From NCBI GenBank assembly GCA_963750045.1, contig CAVVPD010000002.1:423257-487256 (forward strand): a stretch of 64,000 nt of DNA, written 5' to 3'. Under the pieces are notes generated by a model. That model was given only the letters and a program-made list of their open reading frames with translations, did no database searches and was not told the DNA's origin. Position numbers and translations under genes: made by a program. Source of the stretch: an uncultured Actinomycetes bacterium. Its GTDB lineage: Bacteria; Actinomycetota; Acidimicrobiia; IMCC26256; DASPTH01. Shown here in pieces: positions 38,106-47,478 of this stretch (position 1 is the first letter of the stretch; every line of letters starts with the position of its first letter).

Positions 38106-38471
38106 GCGCAGCAGCGGCACGCATTCGTTGCCCCCACCTGACGGCGCGGGTCGGTGCAACACCGCGTTCGTCGGCTCGAGCGTCACTTCGTGGCCGCCCT
38201 CGACCGGCGCCACCTTTGTGACCGTCGCGTCGACGATGAGGCTGAAGCCACCACGCGCGGCCGGCGGCCAGAGCAGCGCGACCTGCCGTCGGGCCGCGGC
38301 GTTCGCCGCGGTCGTGTTCCCCGCGGGGACGACGACGAGATCGCCGACCCACCGGATGGGGACCGCGACACTGTGCGGCCGGCCGTCGTCGCGGACCGTG
38401 AGCAGGTAGGCGTCGGTGCCGAACTCGTCGATCCGCCCCTGCAATTCGTCCAGCGACACTGCGATGCTCAC
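38085..38471 (-). CDS. Pyridoxamine 5'-phosphate oxidase-like (split-barrel) protein
   Basis: GTG 38471: VSIAVSLDELQGRIDEFGTDAYLLTVRDDGRPHSVAVPIRW..RRQVALLWPP.. The start is uncertain, and the 3' end overlaps the convergent gene by 21 nt. Confidence 0.7.
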   Translation of the reverse strand: MSIAVSLDELQGRIDEFGTDAYLLTVRDDGRPHSVAVPIRWVGDLVVVPAGNTTAANAAARRQVALLWPPAARGGFSLIVDATVTKVAPVEGGHEVTLEPTNAVLHRPAPSGGGNECVPLLRSAGEGV

Positions 38472-38555
38472 GAGCACCAAACTAGACGCAAGGAACGGAA
38501 CGGCGGACACCAAGGCACGAAGAACCGGCGGTCCACCCCGCCCACCGTGGGGAGC

Positions 38556-38738
38556 TCACGCTTTCTCGGGCGTGGGATACGGGCAGTGACGGCACCCCGA
38601 CCGGCAACACTCGCCGCGGGCGGCCAGCTCCGCCGCGGTGAAGACGAAGAAGCCCGAGACCGGATCGGCGTAACCCGGCTCGCCCGCCGCAACCGCGCGG
38701 TCGTGCGCCTCGGTGATGGGATCCGAGGTCGAGCTCAC
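38556..38738 (-). CDS. Small Cys-rich protein (DUF5522-like)
   Basis: ORF 38556..38738 (60 aa): ..GFFVFTAAELAARGECCRSGCRHCPYP.. The GTG start overlaps the stop of the methyltransferase (GTGA). Confidence 0.7.
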   Translation of the reverse strand: MSSTSDPITEAHDRAVAAGEPGYADPVSGFFVFTAAELAARGECCRSGCRHCPYPTPEKA

Positions 38739-39469
38739 CCCGGACGACGGCCGACGAGTGCGCGGAGCCCAGTCGGGAGGACTTCCTCACCGAACGCGCG
38801 GAGGACACGCACTTCGGCTCCTTCGGCCGCGAGCAACGCAGGCACGCGCGTAGTGTCGATCATCACGTTGTCGTGGCGCTCGTCGTCACGACGCCACGAA
38901 CCGTCGTCATTCCGGAGGAACGTCGTCATGTCCCGCACGAAGCGGTCGGGCGTGGGTACCGCGTACTCGGTGATGATCGCCCAGTCGTCGCCCACGCGGG
39001 CGTGCGTCGGCGCGTCGACCCGCGTCGCCGCCCACTCCAGATCGCACAGGTCGATTGCGAAGACGCCGTCTGGCGCGAGCGCGCGAGCGAGCGCCACCAG
39101 CGCGTGCTCGATGGCTCCGGCGGTGGGCAGGTAGCTCAGCACGTGCCCGACCGACACCACGGCGTCGACCTGTGGCACCGGATCGTCGGGCAGGGTGAGC
39201 CGCTCGATTCCTTCCGCGTCGGGCACGGTCGCCCGCGCCAACTCGAGCATCGCCGGCGATGCGTCGGTCGCGAGCACGCGGTGGCCGTGGTCGAGGAGGT
39301 GACGCGTCAGCAACCCACTACCGCACCCGACCTCCAGCACCAGCCCCCCGCGCTCCCGCACCGGCTCGAGGAGTGCGAGGAGCCCGGGCGCGCACATGTC
39401 GGCATGGAATCCGAAGCCCCGGTGGTGGACGAGGGCCAGATCGTGCCGGTAGTACGGCTCGGAATCCAC
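38735..39469 (-). CDS. Class I SAM-dependent methyltransferase
   Basis: GTG 39469: VDSEPYYRHDLALVHH..GLVLEVGCGSGLLTRHLL (motif I)..DAVVSVGHVLSYL.. Confidence 0.85.
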   Translation of the reverse strand: MDSEPYYRHDLALVHHRGFGFHADMCAPGLLALLEPVRERGGLVLEVGCGSGLLTRHLLDHGHRVLATDASPAMLELARATVPDAEGIERLTLPDDPVPQVDAVVSVGHVLSYLPTAGAIEHALVALARALAPDGVFAIDLCDLEWAATRVDAPTHARVGDDWAIITEYAVPTPDRFVRDMTTFLRNDDGSWRRDDERHDNVMIDTTRVPALLAAEGAEVRVLRAFGEEVLPTGLRALVGRRPG

Positions 39470-39473
39470 CCGG

Positions 39474-39683
39474 TCAGCGTACGACCCGCTCGGGACGCGC
39501 TGCTCGGGACAGCGGGTGAGCACGCGTCGCGGTGTCGCCGTCGCCCCGGCGCGCGTTGTTCGGACCGTCGACCGCGAGCAGGTTCAGCTGGTCGTTGGCG
39601 AAGGCCCGCCGTTGCGAAGCCGACCAGCGGCACCGATGCCCGCCACCACCTCCGGTGATGGCCGCGACGCGTCCGGCGAGCAA
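39474..39683 (-). pseudogene. Possible vestigial N-terminus of an SDR gene
   Basis: A TTG-initiated 69-codon ORF reads LAGRVAAITGGGGG.., and the neighbouring frame continues GIGAAG. Further on, ..AFANDQLNLLAVD.. resembles the beta2 strand of a Rossmann fold. No remainder of the gene exists. Confidence 0.3.
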
Positions 39684-39779
39684 GGGGTCCAGGGCCGTCG
39701 ATCACGGCAGCCTCCCAGGGTCAGGGTCGCTCGACGTGGCCCGCTGGACGCGTCGCGGTCGCCGCGACACACTCCCTCC

Positions 39780-41390
39780 ATGAGGAAGCGGACGAACGAT
39801 GTCGAGATCGAGCGCGACGTCAAGGTGGAGATGCCGGACGGAGTCGCCCTGCTCGCCGACGTCTACCACCCCATCGGCATCGACGATGCGCCGACCCTGC
39901 TCGAGCGCACCCCCTACGGGCGGGCGGGCATCAGTTCCGGTGCAGGCCCGGAGTTCGCCGCCCGGGGCTACCGGTACGTGCTGCAAGCGTGTCGGGGCAC
40001 CGACGGCTCCGGCGGTTCGCACAGCTACTTCGCCGAAGCGCCCGATGGTCGCGCCACGGCCGACTGGATCGCCGAGCAACGGTGGTTCGACGGCAGGCTC
40101 GGCAGCTACGGCGCGAGCTACATGGGGTTCACGCAGTGGGCGCTGGCGTCGACCCGGCCGCCGTACCTCCAGGCCATGGCCGTGGCGCTGTCGACCTCGG
40201 TGCGCCAGTTCTCCTGGTACCCCGGCGACTCGCTCGCACTCGAGGTGATCATCCCCTGGGATCTCGGCGCGGTGATGTTCAACAAGCCGCAGACCACGGC
40301 GATCGTCGACGACGTCACTCCCGAGGCGGTCGAGCGCCGCATGGAGGAGCTCCGGGCCGCTTTCGACCACCTCCCGCTCGGCGACGTGATCCGCCACCTC
40401 ACCGGCGAGGACCTGCCCCTCTTCCAGGACCAGCTCGCCCACGGCGGTCGCGACGATCCGTTCTGGGCCGCGGTCGACTTCCGGGGCGGTCTCGCCGAGT
40501 GGACGGTGCCGACCCTGCTCGTCGACGGTTGGCACGACTATCCACTGCCCGGGGTGCTCGACGACTACGCGATCCTGCGGGATTCCGCCGCGCCCGTGCA
40601 CCTCCGCATCGGTGCCGGCGGACACCTCGGGGGCGGTGGTGAAGGGGGTATGACCGACGCGCCCCTGGACTGGTTCGACACGTACCTCCGGGACGAGCCC
40701 GGGCTGTTGTCCGATCGGCCGGTGTCCGTCCACGTGCAGGGCGACGGCAGTACCTGGCGCGACTTCGCCGACTGGCCGCCGCCGGCGACCCCCACCACCT
40801 GGTACCTACACCCCGGCGGTCGCCTCGCGACCGACGCGCCCACCGCAGGTTCCGACCCCGACCGCTATCGCTACGACCCCGCCGACCCCACGCCGTCTCT
40901 CGGCGGGATCGGCATGCTGACCGGTGGAGCCGCCGACAACCGACCACTCGAGGCACGCCCTGACGTGCTCGTGTACACGAGCGACGCGCTCCCCGAGCCG
41001 CTCGAGCTCATCGGTCCGGTGTCGGCCGAGCTGCACGTGACGTCGAGCCTCGACCACGTCGACTTCTTCGTGCGCGTGTGCGACGTGCACCCGGACGGGA
41101 CGTCGCGCAACGTGTGCGATGGACTGCAACGGTTCACGCCGGACTCCATCGCGCGCGCGGATGACGGCACGTTCGTCGCCGCCATCGCGGTCTGGCCCAT
41201 CGGGCACCGGTTCGCGGAGGGTCACCGAGTCCGGGTCCAGGTGTCGAGCGGTTGCCATCCGGTGTACGCGCGGAACCTCGGCACCGGCGAGCCCGCGGCC
41301 ACCGCGACCGAGACGCGCGTCGCCGACCAGGCCGTCTACCACCAACCCGGTCGGCTCTCGACCATCGTGCTCCCCCACGCAGCTCCTTGA
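39780..41390 (+). CDS. CocE/NonD-family hydrolase (X-Pro dipeptidyl-peptidase S15-like)
   Basis: ATG 39780: MRKRTNDVEIERDVKVEMPDGVALLADVYHP..LERTPYGR..GSYGASYMGFTQ (GxSYxG)..VCDVHPDGTSRNVCDG.. C-terminal beta-sandwich. Confidence 0.88.
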   Translation: MRKRTNDVEIERDVKVEMPDGVALLADVYHPIGIDDAPTLLERTPYGRAGISSGAGPEFAARGYRYVLQACRGTDGSGGSHSYFAEAPDGRATADWIAEQRWFDGRLGSYGASYMGFTQWALASTRPPYLQAMAVALSTSVRQFSWYPGDSLALEVIIPWDLGAVMFNKPQTTAIVDDVTPEAVERRMEELRAAFDHLPLGDVIRHLTGEDLPLFQDQLAHGGRDDPFWAAVDFRGGLAEWTVPTLLVDGWHDYPLPGVLDDYAILRDSAAPVHLRIGAGGHLGGGGEGGMTDAPLDWFDTYLRDEPGLLSDRPVSVHVQGDGSTWRDFADWPPPATPTTWYLHPGGRLATDAPTAGSDPDRYRYDPADPTPSLGGIGMLTGGAADNRPLEARPDVLVYTSDALPEPLELIGPVSAELHVTSSLDHVDFFVRVCDVHPDGTSRNVCDGLQRFTPDSIARADDGTFVAAIAVWPIGHRFAEGHRVRVQVSSGCHPVYARNLGTGEPAATATETRVADQAVYHQPGRLSTIVLPHAAP

Positions 41391-41423
41391 CAGCGAGCGG
41401 AGCGAGTTCATACCGTCCGTAGC

Positions 41424-41439
41424 CCCGGCGGCCGCCGGG
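41424..41439 (+). terminator. Possible intrinsic terminator hairpin (no U-tract)
   Basis: Perfect 16-nt GC palindrome cccggcggccgccggg (6-bp stem, 4-nt loop), 34 nt after the hydrolase stop. Confidence 0.3.
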
Positions 41440-41456
41440 AGACCGAGGGGGCACCG

Positions 41457-42491
41457 ATGCGAGCAGTACGAGTCGTGCAACACGCCGCGCCGAAGGACGC
41501 GCTCGAGCTGCAGGACATCCCCGTTCCCGAGCCCGGTCCCGGCGAGGTGTTGATCGCGGTCGCCGGGGCGTCGCTGAACTTCGGCGACATCGCCCGTTGC
41601 CGCGGTACGGTCGCCAGCGTGATGGGCCAGGTCCCCTTCACCATAGGGATGGACGTGTGCGGAGTGGTGGAGGCGGCCGGCGAGGGGGCCGAGGAGTGGA
41701 TCGGTCGCCGCGTGGTCGCGATGACGAACCAGTCGTTCGGTGGTGTCGCCGACTACGCGCTGGCAACGGTCGGCGCGGTGTTCGACGCACCAGCCGAGCT
41801 CGACGATCTCGAGGCCGCCGCGTTCACCCTGCCGTTCCACACCGGGTACCTCGCCATCCAGAAGCGGGCGCGACTCCAGGCGGGCGAGACGCTGCTCGTC
41901 GTCGGCGGCGCGAGCGCGGTCGGCACCGCCATGATCCAACTCGGCGTCGCCGCCGGCGCGAAGGTCATCGCCATCGCCGGCGGGCCCGACAAGGGAACGA
42001 TCTGTCGCGACCTCGGCGCCGAGCCGATCGACCACCTCACCGAAGACGTGTTCGACCGGGTGATGGCCCTCACCGAGGGCCACGGCGCCGACGTCGCGGT
42101 CGACATGATCGGCGGCGAGGGCACCGAGACCATCTGGACGTGCATGGCCCGGGAAGGGCGGTACGTGCCGGTCGGGTTCAACGACGACCCGGAGTCCGGG
42201 CTCACGGGGCGCCCGCTTCGCAAGGTCTCGATGGGCAACATCACGATCATGGGCGTGATGCTCGGCTACAACGAGATGCCGATCGAGTTCCGGCGCTTCG
42301 GTCTCAACACGTTTCCGCGCTCGACGGGAGAGGAAGTGCACGCGGCGCTGTGCGCGCTCGTGAGCGCCGGCGCGATCCGACCGGTGATCGGCCGGGTGAT
42401 CACGATGGACGAGGTCGCGTCCGCGCTCGACGACCACGAGCAGCGGAAGACGAGTGGCCGCACTGTCGTGAACGTGCAGTCTCAGAGCTAG
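41457..42491 (+). CDS. NADPH:quinone oxidoreductase-like MDR-family protein
   Basis: ORF 41457..42491 (344 aa): MRAVRVVQHAAPKDALELQDIPVPEPGPGEVLI..LLVVGGASAVGTAMIQL.. Confidence 0.88.
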   Translation: MRAVRVVQHAAPKDALELQDIPVPEPGPGEVLIAVAGASLNFGDIARCRGTVASVMGQVPFTIGMDVCGVVEAAGEGAEEWIGRRVVAMTNQSFGGVADYALATVGAVFDAPAELDDLEAAAFTLPFHTGYLAIQKRARLQAGETLLVVGGASAVGTAMIQLGVAAGAKVIAIAGGPDKGTICRDLGAEPIDHLTEDVFDRVMALTEGHGADVAVDMIGGEGTETIWTCMAREGRYVPVGFNDDPESGLTGRPLRKVSMGNITIMGVMLGYNEMPIEFRRFGLNTFPRSTGEEVHAALCALVSAGAIRPVIGRVITMDEVASALDDHEQRKTSGRTVVNVQSQS

Positions 42492-42496
42492 CGACG

Positions 42497-43648
42497 ATGA
42501 CCGACCTCCGGCCGGAGTCGCTGATCGCCGACGCCCGCGCCGCGACCGGCCTCGACGACTTCGGCCCGGGCACCTTCCGCGAAGGGCTCGACGTGCTCTG
42601 CGATTCGCTGAACCACGAGGCGCAGCTGAGCGAGCTCGGCGACGCCGCGGTCCCGCGGATGCTCGCCGGATCGCTTGCCAACCGGTTGCGGGTGGTCGAC
42701 TGGATCGCGGGCCACCCGGACGTGGCGGCGGAGCGTATCGACGCCCCCATCGTGGTGATCGGCATGTTCCGTGCCGGGACGACGCTCCTGAGTCGACTGT
42801 TCGACCAGGATCCGCGCAACCGCGGCCTGCTCATGTGGGAAGCGGGTGACAGCGTGCCCCCGCCGACACCGGAGAACCACCGGTCGGGGCCCCGGGTCGA
42901 CGCGGTGCACGCCGCCAACGAGATGCTGATCCAGCTGAACCCGATGGTCGACGTCGTGCACCACGAGCAGGCAGACGAGGCGACCGAGTGCATCACGGTG
43001 ATGAGTCAGGACTTCAGGAGCCTCACGTACGAAGCGATCACCAACGTGCCTGCCTACAGCCGGTGGTTGCTGGGCACCGACCAGCGCTCTGCATACGAGT
43101 ACCACCGCAAGGTGCTCCAGGTGCTGCAGAGCGGCGGGGTACGAGGCCGGTGGACGCTCAAGAGCCCGCACCACGCGATCGCGCTCGACCAGCTCACCGC
43201 GGTCTATCCGGACGCCCGGCTCGTGCTGCTCCACCGTGACCCGGTGGTGCTCACCGCGTCGGTCTGCAGCCTGATCAACACGCTCTCGTCGACGTTCAGC
43301 GACACCGACCACCGCGCCTACATCGGCGAACACTGGCCGGCGATGCTGGAGGAATCGGTGCGGCGCATCGACGCGTTCCGCGACGCGCACCCCGAGCACC
43401 CGATCGTCGACGTGCAGTACAAGGACCTCGTGCAGGATCCGGCGGCCGCCGTGGCAGCGATCTACGAGGCGTGCGGTGACACGCTCGACCACGTCGGCGG
43501 CGCCGCGATCGCCTCCTACGTCGACGCGCACCCGAAGGGCCAGTTCGGCGCGCACCAGTACGACGTCACCGAGTTCGGCCTCGACGCGAACGAGCTCCGC
43601 GAGCGCTTCGCCGGCTACACCGAGCGCTACTGCATCCCGCGCGAGTAG
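42497..43648 (+). CDS. Sulfotransferase-family protein (paralogue of 31800..32948)
   Basis: ATG 42497: MTDLRPESLIADARAATGLDDFG..IVVIGMFRAGTTLLSRLF..RLVLLHRDPVVLTAS.. It is collinear with the first sulfotransferase over the whole length. Confidence 0.85.
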   Translation: MTDLRPESLIADARAATGLDDFGPGTFREGLDVLCDSLNHEAQLSELGDAAVPRMLAGSLANRLRVVDWIAGHPDVAAERIDAPIVVIGMFRAGTTLLSRLFDQDPRNRGLLMWEAGDSVPPPTPENHRSGPRVDAVHAANEMLIQLNPMVDVVHHEQADEATECITVMSQDFRSLTYEAITNVPAYSRWLLGTDQRSAYEYHRKVLQVLQSGGVRGRWTLKSPHHAIALDQLTAVYPDARLVLLHRDPVVLTASVCSLINTLSSTFSDTDHRAYIGEHWPAMLEESVRRIDAFRDAHPEHPIVDVQYKDLVQDPAAAVAAIYEACGDTLDHVGGAAIASYVDAHPKGQFGAHQYDVTEFGLDANELRERFAGYTERYCIPRE

Positions 43649-43672
43649 CCCCCGAGCAGCGGAGGCGACGCA

Positions 43673-44410
43673 TCACCGCCCCGACCGCCCCTCACCCCAG
43701 GCGTCGATCGGGCTGTGGAGCGACAGCCCCCCGTCGACCTCCAGGACCTGGCCGGTCACCCACGGCAGTGCGTGCAGCGCGAGGATCGCCTCGGCGATGT
43801 CATCGGCCGAGCCGAGGCGCCCCAACGAGGTCCGCTCCGCCACGTGTCGGAGCCACCCCTCGTCGACGGGCGCGCCTCCCAGCATGGGTGTGGCCGTCAC
43901 TCCCGGTGCCACGGCGTTGACCCTGACTGCCGGTGCCCACTCGGCCGCGGCGACCTTCACCACCATGCTCAACGCGGCCTTCGACGCGCAGTAGGCGCCC
44001 ATGTTCCGGTCCACGATGCGCGCGCTCACACTCGAGGTGGCGACGATCGACGCGCTCAGCTCGTGTTCGGCGTAGCGGCGCGCCCACGCCCGCATCACCA
44101 ACCAGGGTCCGGTCGTGTTCACCGCGAGCACCCGGTCCCAGTCGGCCCGGTCGAGATCGGCGAGCAGCCCCGAGTGCCCGATGCCCGCGGTGACCGTGAT
44201 CTCCGTCGGGATCGCGCGACACCGGCCGAGCGTCGCGGTGAGCGCATCGTCGATCTGCGAGGCGTCAGTGACGTCGCACACGATGTCCGCGCTCTCGTGG
44301 ACGTCCCACGTGACCGTCTCGCGGCCAGAGCGCCGGTAGTGCTCGACCACGGCGGCGCCAATCCCCGAGGCGCCGCCCACGACGACACCCGCTCCCCCCT
44401 GAGTCGTCAC
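43673..44410 (-). CDS. Short-chain dehydrogenase/reductase (SDR)
   Basis: ORF 43673..44410 (245 aa): ..GVVVGGASGIGAAV..MGAYCASKAAL..VTGQVLEVDGG.. Confidence 0.88.
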   Translation of the reverse strand: MTTQGGAGVVVGGASGIGAAVVEHYRRSGRETVTWDVHESADIVCDVTDASQIDDALTATLGRCRAIPTEITVTAGIGHSGLLADLDRADWDRVLAVNTTGPWLVMRAWARRYAEHELSASIVATSSVSARIVDRNMGAYCASKAALSMVVKVAAAEWAPAVRVNAVAPGVTATPMLGGAPVDEGWLRHVAERTSLGRLGSADDIAEAILALHALPWVTGQVLEVDGGLSLHSPIDAWGEGRSGR

Positions 44411-44425
44411 GGCAACCCCTTCTCG

Positions 44426-45008
44426 TCAGATCGAGCCACAGACCGGGATCTTGCCAGGGACGTCCAGGTCGGAGCCCATGGTCACGTACACCACGGTGAC
44501 GTACCCCTGGGGCCCGAAGCCGGCGAGGCGGACCCACTTGGTGGTGGGCCCGGCCGGGCCGGCGACCGACTCACCGTCGATCACGCAGGCGACGAACACC
44601 TCGTGGCCGGTCTCGACGGTGCCGACGATCGCGGTAATTCGTCCCCGGCCCCTCCCGAACGTTGAGACCGGTGGTGACCCGGTACGGACCCGACGGCCTC
44701 GGCGCGGTCGTCGTGGTGCTGCGCGGCGCCCGGCGGGCGGTGGTGCCTTCCTTCGATCTATCGGACCCCGCGACCGAGAGATAGGCGGCCGCGAACACGC
44801 CGACACCCGCGGCGACGAACACCAGCAGCCCGATCCCCCGACGCCATCGCCGGCGCCGTTGCCGGCGCTGCGCTGCGAGCTCGCGGGGGTTCGGCGGAGC
44901 CGGAGCCCCCGGTACGCCCTCCTCGGCCCGATCCTCCTCCACCACGATGATCGTACGACGCTCGGGGGGCGGCGCGGGTTGCGCGGCCCTCCGAGCGTGG
45001 CCACTCAC
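44426..45008 (-). pseudogene. Membrane-anchored SH3b-domain protein; frame break near 44628-44636
   Basis: GTG 45008. An Arg-rich N-terminus and a TM helix GIGLLVFVAAGVGVFAAAYL are followed by YRVTTGLNVREGPGTNYR. The frame of ORF 44426..45004 then continues (AIVGTVETGHEVFVACVIDGESV..KWVRL..GYVTVVYV). Length is 3n+1. Confidence 0.75.
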
Positions 45009-45073
45009 GCCGGTCGCGGTGGCCAGGCTCGTATACGTTATGCAAATCTCGGGAAGGGAGCGGGTGACAGCCG

Positions 45074-45889
45074 ATGACCGATCGCTACGGACTCACGACC
45101 ATCGCCACCGAGCTGCAGGACGACGGTGTGCTCGTCGTGACCCTCAACCGGCCCGACAAGGGCAACGCCCTCGACACGGTGATGCATCTCGAGCTCAAGG
45201 TGCTCTACGAGAGGATCGTCGCCGACGAGGAGCTGAATGCCATCGTGCTCACGGGCGCCGGGAAGTACTTCTCGGTCGGCGCCGACTTCGGGGTGATGGA
45301 CGAGAACACCGGATATCCCGACGGACACCCCGGCCTGCTCACCGAGTCGGTCGGCATGGCGCGCAACATCCTCGCGGTACGCCCGCCCATGATCGCCGCC
45401 ATCAACGGTGACGCCATCGGCATCGGCGCGACCATCGCGCTGTTCTGCGACGTCGTGTACATGGCCGACCATGCACGCATCGGCGACCCGCACGTGCGCG
45501 CGGGCATGGTGTGCGGCGACGGAGGTGCGGTGCTGTGGCCGATCCTCATGGGGCCGAACCGGGCCAAGGAATACCTCATGACCGGTGACCTCGTCCCCGC
45601 GGCCGAGGCCGACCGGCTCGGGCTCGTGAACCACCTGGTCCCGGCCGAGCAGCTCATGGACCAGGCGATGGCGATGGCGCAGCGCCTCGCGCGCGGGCCT
45701 GCGGTCGCCATCCGTTTCAACAAGCGTCTCGTGAACAAGGACCTCGAGACGCGCGTCGCTCAGCTCTATGACCTGTCGGTCGCGTTCGAGGCGATCAGCA
45801 TCGAGACCCGCGACCACCGGGAGGCGGTGGCGTCATTCCTCGAGAAACGACCCGCCGACTTCCGTTCCGGCAAGGCCGGGGGCACCTGA
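45074..45889 (+). CDS. Enoyl-CoA hydratase/isomerase family protein
   Basis: ORF 45074..45889 (271 aa): ..VLVVTLNRPDKGNAL..GKYFSVGADF..MIAAINGDAIGIGATIALFCDVVYMA.. Confidence 0.9.
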   Translation: MTDRYGLTTIATELQDDGVLVVTLNRPDKGNALDTVMHLELKVLYERIVADEELNAIVLTGAGKYFSVGADFGVMDENTGYPDGHPGLLTESVGMARNILAVRPPMIAAINGDAIGIGATIALFCDVVYMADHARIGDPHVRAGMVCGDGGAVLWPILMGPNRAKEYLMTGDLVPAAEADRLGLVNHLVPAEQLMDQAMAMAQRLARGPAVAIRFNKRLVNKDLETRVAQLYDLSVAFEAISIETRDHREAVASFLEKRPADFRSGKAGGT

Positions 45890-45898
45890 TCCGTCCCG

Positions 45899-46681
45899 CT
45901 AGTGCGGCACCATCCCGCCGTCGGCCAGCACCACCTGGCCGGTCATGAAGCTGCCGGCGTCGGACACGAGGAACATGACCGGACCGATCATCTCGTCGGG
46001 ATGCGCGGCGCGGTTCATCGGGCTCGCCGCCGCCATGCGGGCCTGCGCCTCCGGTGGGTTGTTGCGCACCATGTCGGTGTCGATCGTTCCGGGCGCGAGT
46101 GCGTTGACGCGGATCCCGAGCGGCGCCCACTCCTTGGCCATCGCCCGCGTGAACGCCATCAGCGCGGCTTTGGCGCCGGAGTACATCGACACCTGCGGTG
46201 ACGCGAGGAACGCGCCGGCCGAGATCACGTTGACCACCGCGGCGTGCTGGCTGGCGACGAGGTGCGGCAACGCGTACTGCACGAGGAACACCGGGCCCCG
46301 GAGGTTGACGTCGTAGGACTTGTTCCACCCGTCGACAGTGAACTCGCCGAGTGGGAACGCCAGGCTGGTGGCCGCGTTGTTGATCACGATGTCGAGACAC
46401 CCGAAGCGGTCGACCGTCGCGTCGACGAGAGCCGAGAGGCCGTCGAGGTCGCCCATGTGCGTGGGAATGCCGAGTGCCTCGCCGCCCATGCCGACGAGGT
46501 GCGCCTCGGTCTCGGCGCATGCGTCGGCCTTGCGGCTGGCGACGACCACCTTGGCCCCTGCGCACACCAGCCCTTCGGCAAGGGATCGACCGATCCCGCG
46601 CGTGCCGCCGGTGACGATGGCGACGCGGTCGGTGAGGTCGAAGAGCTTCGAATACTGCTCGCGGTTCACAGGGGTCTCCAT
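45899..46681 (-). CDS. Short-chain dehydrogenase/reductase (SDR)
   Basis: ORF 45899..46681 (260 aa): ..RVAIVTGGTRGIGRS..VINNAAT..VSMYSGAKAAL.. Confidence 0.9.
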   Translation of the reverse strand: METPVNREQYSKLFDLTDRVAIVTGGTRGIGRSLAEGLVCAGAKVVVASRKADACAETEAHLVGMGGEALGIPTHMGDLDGLSALVDATVDRFGCLDIVINNAATSLAFPLGEFTVDGWNKSYDVNLRGPVFLVQYALPHLVASQHAAVVNVISAGAFLASPQVSMYSGAKAALMAFTRAMAKEWAPLGIRVNALAPGTIDTDMVRNNPPEAQARMAAASPMNRAAHPDEMIGPVMFLVSDAGSFMTGQVVLADGGMVPH

Positions 46682-47478
46682 TCAGGGGTACGTCCCTCAC
46701 GGAACGCGGCGGCGGCATCGGAGAGCTCACCGGTCTGCGTGCACATGACCTGGGTGCGGTTCTCCATGTCGAGGGCGTGACGGAAGCTCGGCGAGTCGAT
46801 CGTCTGCCACATGGTCTCCTTTGTCATCCACACCGCGAGCGGCGCGTTCGCGGCGACGAGACGGGCGGTCTCGAGCGCGCGCTCTACGACGTGACCGTCG
46901 GGCACGACGTCGAGGACGAGGTCCATCTCGCGGGCCTCGGTGGCGTCGAAGATCCGACCCGTGAGCATGAGCTCGGCCGACCGGGACGCGCCCACCAGGC
47001 GCGGGAGCAGGTAGCTCGTGCCCATGTCACACGACGAGACCCCGAGGGTCACGAACACCGAACCGAAGCGGGCCGACTCCGACGCGACACGGACGTCGCA
47101 CGACAGCGCGAGCGCGAAGCCGCCCCCGACCGCGGCGCCGTTCACCGCCGCGATCACCGGCTGGCGGAGTCGGTGGATCTTCTCGTGGAGCGACGCGAGG
47201 TGCTCCTGGGTGAGCAGGATGAGCGGGATCTGGCCCATGCCCTCGGTGCCCGGTGCGCCGTGCTCGCCCTCCACCCCCTTCAGGTCGTCGCCGGAGCAGA
47301 AGCCGCGACCGGCACCGGTGAGGATGACGACGCGCACTCCTCGATCGGTGTTGATGCGGTCGAACGTCGCGTGCAAGTCCGCGATGAGTCCCTGGCTCAG
47401 CGCGTTCAGACGTTCGGCCCGGTTGAGCGTGACGAGGAGGATTCCCGGCTCGAGCTCCTCGGTGATCACCAGTGACAT
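46666..47478 (-). CDS. Enoyl-CoA hydratase/isomerase family protein
   Basis: ORF 46666..47478 (270 aa): ..ILLVTLNRAERLNAL..GFCSGDDLKG..VIAAVNGAAVGGGFALALSCDVRVAS.. Confidence 0.9.
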   Translation of the reverse strand: MSLVITEELEPGILLVTLNRAERLNALSQGLIADLHATFDRINTDRGVRVVILTGAGRGFCSGDDLKGVEGEHGAPGTEGMGQIPLILLTQEHLASLHEKIHRLRQPVIAAVNGAAVGGGFALALSCDVRVASESARFGSVFVTLGVSSCDMGTSYLLPRLVGASRSAELMLTGRIFDATEAREMDLVLDVVPDGHVVERALETARLVAANAPLAVWMTKETMWQTIDSPSFRHALDMENRTQVMCTQTGELSDAAAAFREGRTPEWRPL

